Part shown: one piece after another, positions 36,838 through 46,927 of the stretch | Position numbering within the stretch: the first letter of the stretch is position 1 | Layout of the letters: each line of letters begins with the position of its first letter | DNA from: Candidatus Woesearchaeota archaeon | GTDB taxonomy: Archaea > Nanobdellota > Nanobdellia > Pacearchaeales > GW2011-AR1 | Reading direction: 5' to 3' | NCBI GenBank assembly: GCA_964363345.1 | Contig: CAYIHY010000001.1 | Span: forward strand, 7,483 to 71,482 | Length of the DNA stretch: 64,000 nucleotides | The notes under the pieces: model-generated | The model's input: only the letters and a program-made list of their open reading frames with translations | Database searches by the model: none | What the model was told of the DNA's origin: nothing | Made by a program: the position numbers and the translations under genes

Positions 36838-38805
36838 ATGATGTATAATTGGAAAAGAAATTGCAGGTATTTTAAAGGGACAACTCCTTGCGATATGGTT
36901 CTTGAAAATCAAGTTGATAATTGTGAGGGATGTTCTTTTTGTGAACCAATTAAAAAAATATTAATTATTAAATATGGTGCTGCAGGAGACATTCTTCGGA
37001 CAACACCGATACTTTCTGCAATAAAAAAGAAATTCGGAGAGAATACTCAAATTTATTGGATTACTAATGAAAGAGATATAATGTTAATTAAAGATAATCC
37101 CGAGATAGATTACAAACTTGTTTTTAATCATCAAAATATCAGGAGATTAAATTTAATAAATTTTCATGCATTATTTAGTTTAGAGGCGGATAAAGAAATT
37201 TTAGCAGTTGCTAATTCAATAAATGCTGAAAAAAAATATGGATTTTTTTTAGACGAAGGAGATAACCCTGCATGTTTTAACAAAGGGGCAGAAGGTTACT
37301 TAGAAAAAATATGGTCTAATAGATTAAATAAAGGAAATAGAAGAACTTACCAAGAATTTCTGTTTGAAATATGCGAATTAGAATATCATAAAGAAGATTA
37401 TTCTTTTTATCTTGATAATTATGAAAAAAAATTATCAGAACAATTAAAAAAAGAAAACTCTCCGATCATCGGAGTGAGTATTGCAGTAGGAAGTAAATGG
37501 CCTTCAAAGCATATTTCAAATGAAAAAAAAATTGAATTGATAGAAAAACTACACAAACTGAATTTAGGAAAAATAATGATTATAAGTGGAATTCAGGAAA
37601 AAGAACTTAAAGAAAATATTCTAAACAAATTAAAGGAAAAGGGAATAAATGATATAATTTCTTGGGAAGGAAATACAACTGCGGATCATATAGCAGAAGT
37701 TGAATCTTGTGATACAGTTATTTGTGGAGACAGTTTATCTATGCATATCGCTCTTGCATTAAAAAAGAAAGTAATCGGATTATTCTTATGCACCCCCCCA
37801 TGGGAAATAGAAGATTATGGGAGGATGACCAAAATTACAAGCCCATTACTAGATAAGTATTTTTTTACAGATCAGTATGAAGAAGAATTAGTGAATAGTA
37901 TAAGTGTAGAAGAAATAATAAATGAATTAGAACTAAAAAAAATTTTTAGAAATATAAATGAAATTAAGGACTTGATAACTAATCTTGAAAAGAAAGGAAA
38001 AAAAGTAATGATAACAAATGGGTGTTTTGATTTGCTTCATGCAGGGCATATAACCTTTCTCGAATATGCAAAGAAACAATGTGATGTTTTGATTGTTGCT
38101 ATTAACTCAGATAAATCTGTGCGAGCATACAAAGGACAAAATCGTCCAATAAATAACGAAGATTTCAGAGCATATCTGCTTTCAAAAATTAAAGATGTAG
38201 ATTATGTCTATATATTTGATGAAACAAAATTTGAAGGAACGCTTAGAGAATTAAAACCAAAATTATATGCAAAAGGAAGAGATTATACTTTGGAAACAAT
38301 AGAACAAACCGAAAGAGAAATAATTGAAAGTTATGGAGGAAAAATAATTATTGTTAAACATCCTATCGAAATTACGACTTCAGAAATTATAAAAAAAATG
38401 AATGAACCTGAAGTTAGAGTGGTTAATGCAATAATAAAAAATCCTTTGAATGAGACTGTTCTTGTTATAAAAAGAAAAAATGAGAGTATCCATGAAGGAA
38501 AATGGGCTTTTCCCGGAGGAATTGTTAAAGAGGGAGAATCAAATGAAATCGCATTAAAAAGAGAAATTCAAGAAGAAGTTGGATTAAAAATAAATAAAAT
38601 TATTAAAAAAATTTCAGAATATACCTACACGCGACCTGACGGAAAATTCACTTTAGGGATTTCTTATTTAGTTGAAGCGGAAGGATATGTCATTATAGAT
38701 AAAAATGAAGTTTCAGATAGCAAATGGGTTACAGTTGAAGAATTTGAAAATTTAGACCACATTGAAGGATTAGAAAAAGAAATATTCGATGCATTTTATT
38801 TGTAA
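36838..38805 (+). CDS. Three-domain fusion: GT9 heptosyltransferase-like + HldC/RfaE2 nucleotidyltransferase + Nudix hydrolase
   Basis: GAAGDILRTTP, GDSLSMHIALA (GT9); TNGCFDLLHAGH, NSDKSV..KG.NRP, KGRDY; WAFPGG..EGE..ALKREIQEEVGL. Confidence 0.88.
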   Translation: MMYNWKRNCRYFKGTTPCDMVLENQVDNCEGCSFCEPIKKILIIKYGAAGDILRTTPILSAIKKKFGENTQIYWITNERDIMLIKDNPEIDYKLVFNHQNIRRLNLINFHALFSLEADKEILAVANSINAEKKYGFFLDEGDNPACFNKGAEGYLEKIWSNRLNKGNRRTYQEFLFEICELEYHKEDYSFYLDNYEKKLSEQLKKENSPIIGVSIAVGSKWPSKHISNEKKIELIEKLHKLNLGKIMIISGIQEKELKENILNKLKEKGINDIISWEGNTTADHIAEVESCDTVICGDSLSMHIALALKKKVIGLFLCTPPWEIEDYGRMTKITSPLLDKYFFTDQYEEELVNSISVEEIINELELKKIFRNINEIKDLITNLEKKGKKVMITNGCFDLLHAGHITFLEYAKKQCDVLIVAINSDKSVRAYKGQNRPINNEDFRAYLLSKIKDVDYVYIFDETKFEGTLRELKPKLYAKGRDYTLETIEQTEREIIESYGGKIIIVKHPIEITTSEIIKKMNEPEVRVVNAIIKNPLNETVLVIKRKNESIHEGKWAFPGGIVKEGESNEIALKREIQEEVGLKINKIIKKISEYTYTRPDGKFTLGISYLVEAEGYVIIDKNEVSDSKWVTVEEFENLDHIEGLEKEIFDAFYL

Positions 38806-38861
38806 TACAAATTTAACCTTCATAATCTTTTTATATTCATTTTTAAATAATTTAAGTACAG

Positions 38862-39731
38862 ATGATAAAAATAGTTTTTTGTGATATAGATGGATGTATG
38901 GGAGATTTTGTAAAGCCAGAGTATCCTCTAAAACAGGATTTGTATGAAAATAGAGAACAATTAGAAGAAATACAAAAAAAAGCTTATCAGATTTCTCTTG
39001 TAGAACCAGAAATTTTATTTGGGGTTTGTACAGGTAGGTCATTTTATCAAGCAGACCATATCATGAAGAAAACAGGATGTCAAGGACCATCTATTTTTGA
39101 AATGGGAAATGTTATTTTTGATCCAAAAGAAGGAGTTTATAACTTGTTTGAAAAATATGACCGATTTAAAGCAAATATCGAATTGCTAAATGCCTTTATT
39201 CAATGGAAAAATAAAATGAAAGGAAGTGAAGAACAACTAAAAAGGAAGTTTCCAAACTCAGGATTAAGACAGATGAAAGATAGAACATGTATGCTGACTT
39301 ACGAATTTGAAGAAAAAATAGGGGAAGAGTTATACCAACATATTTTAGAGATTATACCATCTCAATTTAAAGAAGCGATAGATATGTCTCTTTTAAGAGT
39401 TTCTTTGTCTAAAAATGCAATAGACATACTTCCCAATATTACAAAAGGGGATGCAGTTACTTATTTGATTAATCTCTATGGGATATCTAAAGAAGAAGTT
39501 TTAGCGATAGGAGATTCAAGTCATAGCGATTTGGATTTACTTAAATCTGCCGGGCTGGTTGCTTGTCCTGATAACGCAGATTTAGAGTTAAAGAAGTATG
39601 TTTTTGAACATAATGGATTTGTTGTTCCAAACAGTTCAAATAAAGGGCTGATAAATATTCTTGACTTAGTCGAGAATCTTATTAAATTTACCAACTTAAA
39701 AAATGAATCTAAACTTGTTAGACAGATTTAA
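38862..39731 (+). CDS. HAD-superfamily (Cof/IIB-type) phosphatase
   Basis: DIDG, CTGR, TKGDAV, AIGDSSHSD. Confidence 0.85.
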   Translation: MIKIVFCDIDGCMGDFVKPEYPLKQDLYENREQLEEIQKKAYQISLVEPEILFGVCTGRSFYQADHIMKKTGCQGPSIFEMGNVIFDPKEGVYNLFEKYDRFKANIELLNAFIQWKNKMKGSEEQLKRKFPNSGLRQMKDRTCMLTYEFEEKIGEELYQHILEIIPSQFKEAIDMSLLRVSLSKNAIDILPNITKGDAVTYLINLYGISKEEVLAIGDSSHSDLDLLKSAGLVACPDNADLELKKYVFEHNGFVVPNSSNKGLINILDLVENLIKFTNLKNESKLVRQI

Positions 39732-40698
39732 AGAAAGAAAAATTTTAGTAGTGGGAGATTATTGTATTGACAAATTTTATTTTGGAGAACCAAGAGGAAT
39801 TTCTCCTGAAGCACCAATCTTAAGAAATGTGGGGAGCAGGAATGATATAAAAATAAATCCAGGAATGGCGGGAAATATCGCTGCTGGAGTTAATGCTCTT
39901 GGAGCAAAATGTTATGTGGTGGGGGTTATTGGAGGTGATGGAGACAGTGCGAGTAGAGAAATGATAAATATTTTTAACAAAATGGGAGTAAATACAGGAG
40001 GAATGATTTTACAAAAAGATAGGACTACTCCAGAATTTATTCGCATAGTTTCAGGAGGTATAAAATACCCTTCTCAACAGATAATCAGACACGACGTAGA
40101 AAATACTGCTCCAATAACTAAGTCAACAATAAAAAAACTAGAATCTTTTATTTATAATCAAATAAATGAAATTGGGGGATTTGATGCAATAATTGTGGGG
40201 GACTATAACGAATTTGGAGAAGGGATAATTACAAATTATTTGCTCAATAAACTAATAGAAATTTCTAGCGATAAAAGAATATTTTCTATCGGAGATTCAA
40301 GAAAAAATTTTAAATCTTTTCATGATTTTACTTGCATAAAACCAAATCTTAACGAAGCAAGACAATTAGAAAAAACAAAAGGTATGTCTTTAGATAATCT
40401 TGCCCTTAAAATTACCAAGGATTTAAAATTAAAGGCAGTTTTGATTACTAAAGATAAAGAAGGAATGTATCTCCTAACAAATTCTGGAATAAAAAAAGAT
40501 TTTCCTGCTTATGCTAAGGAAGTAGTAGATGTTACGGGAGCAGGAGATAGTGTAACAAGTGCATTTACACTTGCATTAACTTCAGGATTTGGTTATGAAC
40601 AATCTGCACAATTAGCAAGTTATGCCGCAGCGATCTCTGTATCCAAGCCAGGAGTTAGCGTTGTTTCATTGGAAGAATTAAAAAAATTTACACTTTAA
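39703..40698 (+). CDS. rfaE1: D-glycero-beta-D-manno-heptose-7-phosphate kinase (HldA/RfaE domain I, PfkB family)
   Basis: VVGDYCID, ISPEAP, PGMAGN, KPNLNEA, DVTGAGD. Confidence 0.88.
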   Translation: MNLNLLDRFKERKILVVGDYCIDKFYFGEPRGISPEAPILRNVGSRNDIKINPGMAGNIAAGVNALGAKCYVVGVIGGDGDSASREMINIFNKMGVNTGGMILQKDRTTPEFIRIVSGGIKYPSQQIIRHDVENTAPITKSTIKKLESFIYNQINEIGGFDAIIVGDYNEFGEGIITNYLLNKLIEISSDKRIFSIGDSRKNFKSFHDFTCIKPNLNEARQLEKTKGMSLDNLALKITKDLKLKAVLITKDKEGMYLLTNSGIKKDFPAYAKEVVDVTGAGDSVTSAFTLALTSGFGYEQSAQLASYAAAISVSKPGVSVVSLEELKKFTL

Positions 40699-40706
40699 AA
40701 AAGAAA

Positions 40707-41201
40707 ATGAGAGATAAAATAAGAACATTAGATGAATTAAAAGAAATAACTTCTAAGTATAAACAAGAATCCAAAAAAATAGGAACAACAAATGGTTATT
40801 TTGATTTGCTTCATATAGGCCACATTTATATGCTTGAGAGTGCTAAATCTTTAACCGACATATTAATTGTTTTAATAAATAGCGATGATTCTACAAAGAA
40901 ATTAAAGGGTTCAAAAAGACCAATAGTCCCAGAAAAAGAAAGAGCAGAGATGCTTTCTTCATTAGAATGTGTAGATTATGTTACAATATTTGATGGAGAT
41001 AACCCTTTAGATTACATACGAGAATTAAAACCTGATATCCACATAAAAGGAGGAATTTTTGAACAGGACAGGATAAAAACAGAAAGAGATTTAATCGAAT
41101 CCTGGGGTGGAAGACATATAACTCTCCCCTTAGTTGAAGGATATTCTACAACCAATCTTATAGATAAAATAATTAAGGCTTATGAAAACAATTCATCATA
41201 A
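40707..41201 (+). CDS. rfaE2: Heptose-1-phosphate nucleotidyltransferase (HldC/RfaE domain II)
   Basis: TNGYFDLLHIGH, NSDDST..LKG..RP, KGG, GYSTT. Confidence 0.9.
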   Translation: MRDKIRTLDELKEITSKYKQESKKIGTTNGYFDLLHIGHIYMLESAKSLTDILIVLINSDDSTKKLKGSKRPIVPEKERAEMLSSLECVDYVTIFDGDNPLDYIRELKPDIHIKGGIFEQDRIKTERDLIESWGGRHITLPLVEGYSTTNLIDKIIKAYENNSS

Positions 41202-41214
41202 AAACAAATAAAAA

Positions 41215-42255
41215 ATGGAAAATAAAAAAAATTTATTTGATAAAACAGAATTAAAAACTATTCCCCTTAGTTTAAGAGAAAGCAAATCTTCAATAGAAAA
41301 TATAGTTGTTAATCCAAATTCAAAATTATATCCTGCCTCAGATGACAGGATAGAACATATTGCTGAACAAATAATTTCTGCAAGAAAAAAAAATAAACCT
41401 GTAATATTAACTTATGGAGCACATTTAATAAAAAATGGACTAGGGTTAGTTTTAAGGAAAATGATTGAAGAAAATATAGTTACTCATCTGGCAACAAATG
41501 GTGCAGGCTCTATCCACGACTGGGAATTTGCCTTTCAGGGTAAGACTGAAGAAGATGTTAAAAAAGCAATTTCCGTAGGGCAATTTGGTTTAGGGGAAGA
41601 AACTGGAAAATATATCAACTTAGCTCTTATTTCTGGAGCAGAAAGAGGAATTGGATATGGAGAATCAATTTGTGAAATGATTCATAATGAAAAATTAATT
41701 CTCTCCGGTATAAAAAATGATAAATTAGAAAGGCTATCAATAAAAAGAGAAGATGTTTCTTTGTTGCATCCTTACAAACATTATTCTGTCCAAGAGGCTT
41801 CATTCGGAAAAATTCCCTTAACAATTCATCCCTGTTTCGGTCAGGACATAATTTACACACACCAATTAAGTGATGGTGCATCAATTGGAAAATGCGCAGA
41901 AATAGATTTTTTAAAATTTGTTGATAGTGTAAGTAAACTAGAAAACGGGGGGGTTTATCTTTCTGTGGGTTCTGCAATAATGTCTCCGATGATTTTTGAA
42001 AAATCTTTATCTATGGCGAGAAATATTGCGATTCAAAAAGGAAAAACCATTGAAGATTTTATGATTGTTGTGAATGATATTCAGGAAGGGAAATGGGACT
42101 GGAGTAAAGGGGAACCTCCAAAAGATAACCCTGCTTATTATCTACGTTTTTGCAAAACTTTTAATCGTATGGGTGCAAGAGAACTGCATTATATTCAAGT
42201 GGATAATAGAAATTTCATTTTATCCCTTTACCAATCTATAAAAAATAAAAAATGA
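41215..42255 (+). CDS. Deoxyhypusine-synthase-like (DHS-like NAD-binding fold) uncharacterised protein
   Basis: VILTYGAHLIKNGL...VTHLATNGAGSIHD matches the DHS N-terminal layout; VGSAIMSP. Confidence 0.6.
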   Translation: MENKKNLFDKTELKTIPLSLRESKSSIENIVVNPNSKLYPASDDRIEHIAEQIISARKKNKPVILTYGAHLIKNGLGLVLRKMIEENIVTHLATNGAGSIHDWEFAFQGKTEEDVKKAISVGQFGLGEETGKYINLALISGAERGIGYGESICEMIHNEKLILSGIKNDKLERLSIKREDVSLLHPYKHYSVQEASFGKIPLTIHPCFGQDIIYTHQLSDGASIGKCAEIDFLKFVDSVSKLENGGVYLSVGSAIMSPMIFEKSLSMARNIAIQKGKTIEDFMIVVNDIQEGKWDWSKGEPPKDNPAYYLRFCKTFNRMGARELHYIQVDNRNFILSLYQSIKNKK

Positions 42256-42350
42256 ATCCCCCGATGCAAATTTCTTAGCATATGACCTGCTTCATGCAAG
42301 TTATTTTATATCATAAAAACAAATAAAAACCCTCGATTAATCAATTATTT

Positions 42351-44084
42351 ATGGAAGAAATAAGCGGGGAAATTAAGCCTTCTGCTAATGAAAAAGAGAT
42401 TGAAAAAGGAAAATCAAAAATAAAAAATTTCTTTTTGGGTTGGGTAAAAGATAATTATGATAAAATTTTCATTGGGATTCTAATTCTTGCTTTTATAATT
42501 CGTCTTTGGATTTTTTTCAAAACAATGAATCAGCCATTCTGGTGGGATGAAGCAGATTATCTTTCTGCCGCTAAAAATTGGGGATTAGGATTGGACATTC
42601 GCGATGTTTGGTATTACCGAAGAGGCTTTTTATTCCCTTTAATTGGAGCATTGATATTCCGATTGGGGCTGGGAGAGATTGGAATGAGATTTTTAGTTGT
42701 TCTTTTCTCAACAGGGATAGTTGCAGTTTCATATTTTATAATTTCAAAGATGTTCAATAAAAAACTCGCTTTGATTACAAGCCTAGTTCTAAGTTTATCT
42801 TGGATATTATTATTTTTTACAGGAAGAGTTCTGACTGATATTCCTGCCGCATTTTTTGCCTTATTGTCTCTTTTGTTTTTCTGGAAAGGCTATGTATTAA
42901 AAGAAGGAAATAAATTTCTTTACCTATTCGGTTTATTTCTGGCACTCGCAGTATTAACAAGAATGCAGTCTTTTATGTTCATTCCCCCATTTTTAATTTT
43001 TATTTTAATTCGAGAAAAATCAAAAATATTCAAAAATAAACATCTGTGGATTACGTTAGGAATATTTTTATTATTACTTGTTCCCCAATTTGTTTTATAT
43101 TCTATGCATTATGGTAATGCTTTTAACGATTTAGCTGCCCATTATCTAGGAATCGGCGCCTCATCTAATTCAACTTATGCTGGAGACCAAAGAGCATTTT
43201 CCTTAGCAACTTTTAATTATTTTGCAAATCTCCCTTACATGCTTTCCACAATCATTTTTGGCCTATTAATAATCGGGGCGATATATTTCTTTACAGATTT
43301 ATTCATCGGCATTGATAAAATTTTCAAAAATGAAATCCTCCAAAAAAAATTATTTGTCTTAATGTGGGTTCTTTCCTTATTTTTAATTATGGGTTATATC
43401 GGTTCAGTTTCTTATGTAGAACAGAGGTATATCACTGCAGGATTGCCATTTTTATTCATGATTGCAGTTTTCCCAATTATTTTTGTTAGTGACTTTTTAA
43501 TGAAACAGAATAAACTAAAAAAAATAATTCCCGGAATTCTTTTTATTGTTTTGATTGCTTTGATGATTCCGAATTTGATATTATCAAATTCTCTTTTGAA
43601 TCAGCAGGCAGACTCATATTCGCAGGTTAAAAAAGTTGGGGAGCTTATGAAATCAGATTCTAATACTCGGGATATAATTATGTCGACCTCTCTTCCCCAA
43701 ATAACTTATTATTCTGAACGTTCAACGTATCCCTATGATATCCAACATGATGGTGTCGCTAAAGGGGATAAGTCCCTATTAAACTATAGCGATGGACAGA
43801 AAGGATTTGAAGAATTCTTGAAGAATAAACAACCTAAGTATTTGATGGCTTCTGTTTTTGAAACTGATCCAGACTGGATTTTAAAAAAAGGTACTTATAA
43901 CGAGGATAACTATATTATCTTACCCTTTTTTAATTCATCAATGTCTTATAACTCCCAAGGACAGATAACTTCGTTAGACTTAAATCAAGAAGTAAAAAAA
44001 GATGGTATGACTCTAACCTTATTCTATCCTAAGACTTCCGGGCAGATTAATGGAATATTTATTTACAAAGTGGAATATTCTTAA
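42351..44084 (+). CDS. GT-C fold membrane glycosyltransferase (PMT_2/ArnT-like, GT39/GT83)
   Basis: WWDEADY motif after the first TM, about 12 TM segments, LTDIP, EQRY, extracellular C-terminal domain. Confidence 0.85.
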   Translation: MEEISGEIKPSANEKEIEKGKSKIKNFFLGWVKDNYDKIFIGILILAFIIRLWIFFKTMNQPFWWDEADYLSAAKNWGLGLDIRDVWYYRRGFLFPLIGALIFRLGLGEIGMRFLVVLFSTGIVAVSYFIISKMFNKKLALITSLVLSLSWILLFFTGRVLTDIPAAFFALLSLLFFWKGYVLKEGNKFLYLFGLFLALAVLTRMQSFMFIPPFLIFILIREKSKIFKNKHLWITLGIFLLLLVPQFVLYSMHYGNAFNDLAAHYLGIGASSNSTYAGDQRAFSLATFNYFANLPYMLSTIIFGLLIIGAIYFFTDLFIGIDKIFKNEILQKKLFVLMWVLSLFLIMGYIGSVSYVEQRYITAGLPFLFMIAVFPIIFVSDFLMKQNKLKKIIPGILFIVLIALMIPNLILSNSLLNQQADSYSQVKKVGELMKSDSNTRDIIMSTSLPQITYYSERSTYPYDIQHDGVAKGDKSLLNYSDGQKGFEEFLKNKQPKYLMASVFETDPDWILKKGTYNEDNYIILPFFNSSMSYNSQGQITSLDLNQEVKKDGMTLTLFYPKTSGQINGIFIYKVEYS

Positions 44085-44610
44085 TCTTTTTTGGTCCAAG
44101 TAAAAATATTTTTGTGACTGTAAAAAAATTAACTTTCTTTTTTACCTCAAAATTTTCTTTTAAGATTTTTAGAATGTCTTCATAAGAAGTTATGTGCTCT
44201 TTAGGAACTTCTGTTTTCCCGACGAGTTTTCTCACTTTTCTTGAAATAAAATTTCCGGTAGGAATTGAAACAACTAACTGGAAGTTATCATTCATTTCCT
44301 TAAAATTGTTTATAGTCCTCCTTATCTCTGAAGGGAGAATATGTTCAAATACATCAAGACAGAAAATTTTAGTGGGTTTTAATGTTCTGTAATCTTTAAT
44401 AAAAGTTTTATCTGGATTTATATCATATCCGATTATGTTAAATCCCTTAAGTTTTTTTTCAAGCCATCCTGCTCCGCAGCCAAAATCAAGAATTATATCT
44501 TCTTTTTTTAAATTAGCGATTTTTATGGAAGCATCAATCTTTCTTTTAAAATAAGTTCGTGTCAAAAAATTCTTGTTTTCATATGTATTTTCTAAAAGAT
44601 TATTTTCCAT
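44059..44610 (-). CDS. Class I SAM-dependent methyltransferase
   Basis: ILDFGCGAG, GYD, DVFEH, VSIP. Confidence 0.85.
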   Translation of the reverse strand: MENNLLENTYENKNFLTRTYFKRKIDASIKIANLKKEDIILDFGCGAGWLEKKLKGFNIIGYDINPDKTFIKDYRTLKPTKIFCLDVFEHILPSEIRRTINNFKEMNDNFQLVVSIPTGNFISRKVRKLVGKTEVPKEHITSYEDILKILKENFEVKKKVNFFTVTKIFLLGPKKIKNIPLCK

Positions 44611-45481
44611 TTTCGTTTTTCTTATTTTTTATTTCTAAAAATATTTTATGCAACTCTTCAACTTTAAGATTCTTTTTAATTCCTTCTCTGTTTAATAAAT
44701 AAATCGCTTTCATTTCTTTGTCTTTCCCGTCATATCCATGCATGGCTTTGACAGGATTTTTCCCCTGCCAATAATTGGGGAGTATTAAGACCCCAGAATT
44801 TGCGAGAAAAATATGCTCCCCATACTTTTTATCTTTCCATTCAATCCATTTTCCGTCTCTGGAATCAAATTGTGGTTTTTGTCCCCAATACCTTGCCATA
44901 TCCGAATCAATAAAACAATTATCTGTTTTTGGGACAGAAATATTTTTTTTAATGTCTATCATCCCATGGTCAGAAAGGATTATATCAAACTTCATCCTTA
45001 AAATCTTTTCATCAACTTTTTTTATTGCGGATATTATTTCTTTGCTTTTCGTCCCATATTTGTGCCCGACAATATCTAAGTCCTGAATATAAAAATATTC
45101 AACTCCTTTAATTTTGTAAAATGGCTCATTAACTGAAAAATCAAATTTCCACAATTCTTTCAGAGGGATATTCTCGGTTCTGAATAATTCATATCTTCTG
45201 ACAAATCGAGGGAAATTAATCATGGAATCAACAATAAATCTTCCAACCTTTCCAAATTTTTCCAGAAATAAAAAATGTTTAATAAATTTTAAAGAAGAAT
45301 TTTCCTTCTTGTAAATCAAAGCAAGTTTGTCTGAACTTCCTTTAAAAAAAATTTCCATTCCCCCTTCATGCCCCGTTGGCATTTCCAGTTCCCCCCATTG
45401 GAATTTTTTTGTCAACGAAGAAAGATAAGGTGCATACTCAAGATATTCTGGCTTGAATGCATCTATCATGACTACCTTCAT
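44600..45481 (-). CDS. Alkaline phosphatase/nucleotide pyrophosphatase (AlkP) superfamily protein
   Basis: MIDA, DLDIVGHKYG, SDHGM, MHGY metal-ligand motifs. Confidence 0.8.
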   Translation of the reverse strand: MKVVMIDAFKPEYLEYAPYLSSLTKKFQWGELEMPTGHEGGMEIFFKGSSDKLALIYKKENSSLKFIKHFLFLEKFGKVGRFIVDSMINFPRFVRRYELFRTENIPLKELWKFDFSVNEPFYKIKGVEYFYIQDLDIVGHKYGTKSKEIISAIKKVDEKILRMKFDIILSDHGMIDIKKNISVPKTDNCFIDSDMARYWGQKPQFDSRDGKWIEWKDKKYGEHIFLANSGVLILPNYWQGKNPVKAMHGYDGKDKEMKAIYLLNREGIKKNLKVEELHKIFLEIKNKKNENGK

Positions 45482-45484
45482 TTT

Positions 45485-46927
45485 TTACTTAAATTTTTCA
45501 AGATTATATTTATTTACCGTAAATCTGAATGCATTGTCTATCTCTAAGTCATATTTTCTTTTGTAATAAGCAAAAAATAACCCCAGATCAAACAAGAACC
45601 TAAACGGATTCATTTTTAATCCCTCAAATAGAACTTTTTTTATCTGATAAATTCTGACTTTATTTACCACTTTCTTTATATCTTTCATCTTTACATATTT
45701 TGTTCTGGAAACAGGGGAAGTGAACATAAGATGAGAATCTTTGAAACCTTTCCCCTCAATTAAATTTTCTTTTTCACAGATTTCTTTTATTTCTGTTGCG
45801 GGGAGAGGCATTAATATTGGGAAAAGTGTATAGTTTGCATTTATCTTCATAGCCATTTTGTAACTTTCATTCATTGTTTTCGTAGTTTCATAAGGGGCTC
45901 CGACGATAAATTGCACTCTTAAATGCAAGCCGTATTTTTTTATTATTTTAACCGCATTGTAAATTTGTTCTTCGCTCATTTCTCTTTTGTACAGCTTATT
46001 TCTGATTTCATCATTTCCCGCTTCAACCCCCATACGGACTTCATAACATCCTGCATCTTTCATAGCCTTTATTATTTCATCTGTAACTAAATTTGCTCTT
46101 ACATTAACATTCCATCTTAATTTTTTGTCAAATCCCTTTTCTTTAAATCTTTTGCAGAAATCAAGGGCAAATTTTTTGTCAAGAATAAAAGTATCATCAT
46201 AAAAAAATAAATATCTCATTCCAATAGGATAATATTGTTTTATTCTTAATTCTATTTCTTTTATAATGCTTTCAACACTTCTGATTCGAACATATTTTCC
46301 CTCAAGTTTTTTCCTTATTGCATGATTGCTGCAATAAGTGCAGTTGTAGGGGCATCCTCTCGAGCCCATAATTGGAAGATGATCATTGTTTATTAAAAAA
46401 TATTTTTTTAAATCGTAATCTTCAAAATCAGGAAAAGGAAGCTCATCTAGTTCTTCAATCAATCTTAAATTTGGATTTTTGATAATTTCTCCATTTCCTT
46501 TTTTATACCAAATCCCCCTTACTTTTTTGCAATCTAATTTTTTATCAAGCAAATCTTTCAATACATATTCTCCTTCGCAGGTGCAGACAATATCAACCTC
46601 TTTATTTTTTATTGTTTCTTCGGGCATTAATATTGCATGTACTCCGCCGAAAATTATTTTTATATTATAATGTTTTTTTATAAATTGCGCCATTTTTAAT
46701 GCCTGACTGTAATCAAAACTCATCACAGAAAATCCAATCAAATCTGGTTTAAATTTTTCTATCTTCCTCTTGAGATACATTTCCCAATCTTTTTTATGGA
46801 AAATAAAATCAGCTATCTCTGCTTTATGTTCGGTTTTATTATTTACAAAAGATTTCAAAGTAGCTAAAGCCATGCTGGGCATTAAAGCATACCCTTCTAT
46901 GTTTGGTTCTACTAATAATACTTTCAT
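45485..46927 (-). CDS. B12-binding-domain radical SAM protein
   Basis: FGGVHA, CEGE, SRGCPYNCTYC, DDTF, GVEAG. Confidence 0.9.
   Translation of the reverse strand: MKVLLVEPNIEGYALMPSMALATLKSFVNNKTEHKAEIADFIFHKKDWEMYLKRKIEKFKPDLIGFSVMSFDYSQALKMAQFIKKHYNIKIIFGGVHAILMPEETIKNKEVDIVCTCEGEYVLKDLLDKKLDCKKVRGIWYKKGNGEIIKNPNLRLIEELDELPFPDFEDYDLKKYFLINNDHLPIMGSRGCPYNCTYCSNHAIRKKLEGKYVRIRSVESIIKEIELRIKQYYPIGMRYLFFYDDTFILDKKFALDFCKRFKEKGFDKKLRWNVNVRANLVTDEIIKAMKDAGCYEVRMGVEAGNDEIRNKLYKREMSEEQIYNAVKIIKKYGLHLRVQFIVGAPYETTKTMNESYKMAMKINANYTLFPILMPLPATEIKEICEKENLIEGKGFKDSHLMFTSPVSRTKYVKMKDIKKVVNKVRIYQIKKVLFEGLKMNPFRFLFDLGLFFAYYKRKYDLEIDNAFRFTVNKYNLEKFK

Noticed and set aside
41215..42255. Calling this a true deoxyhypusine synthase acting on the mini-IF5A
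   Set aside because: The C-terminal EAxSWGK catalytic-lysine motif of DHS is not visible and the gene sits in the heptose operon, so the link is speculative only.
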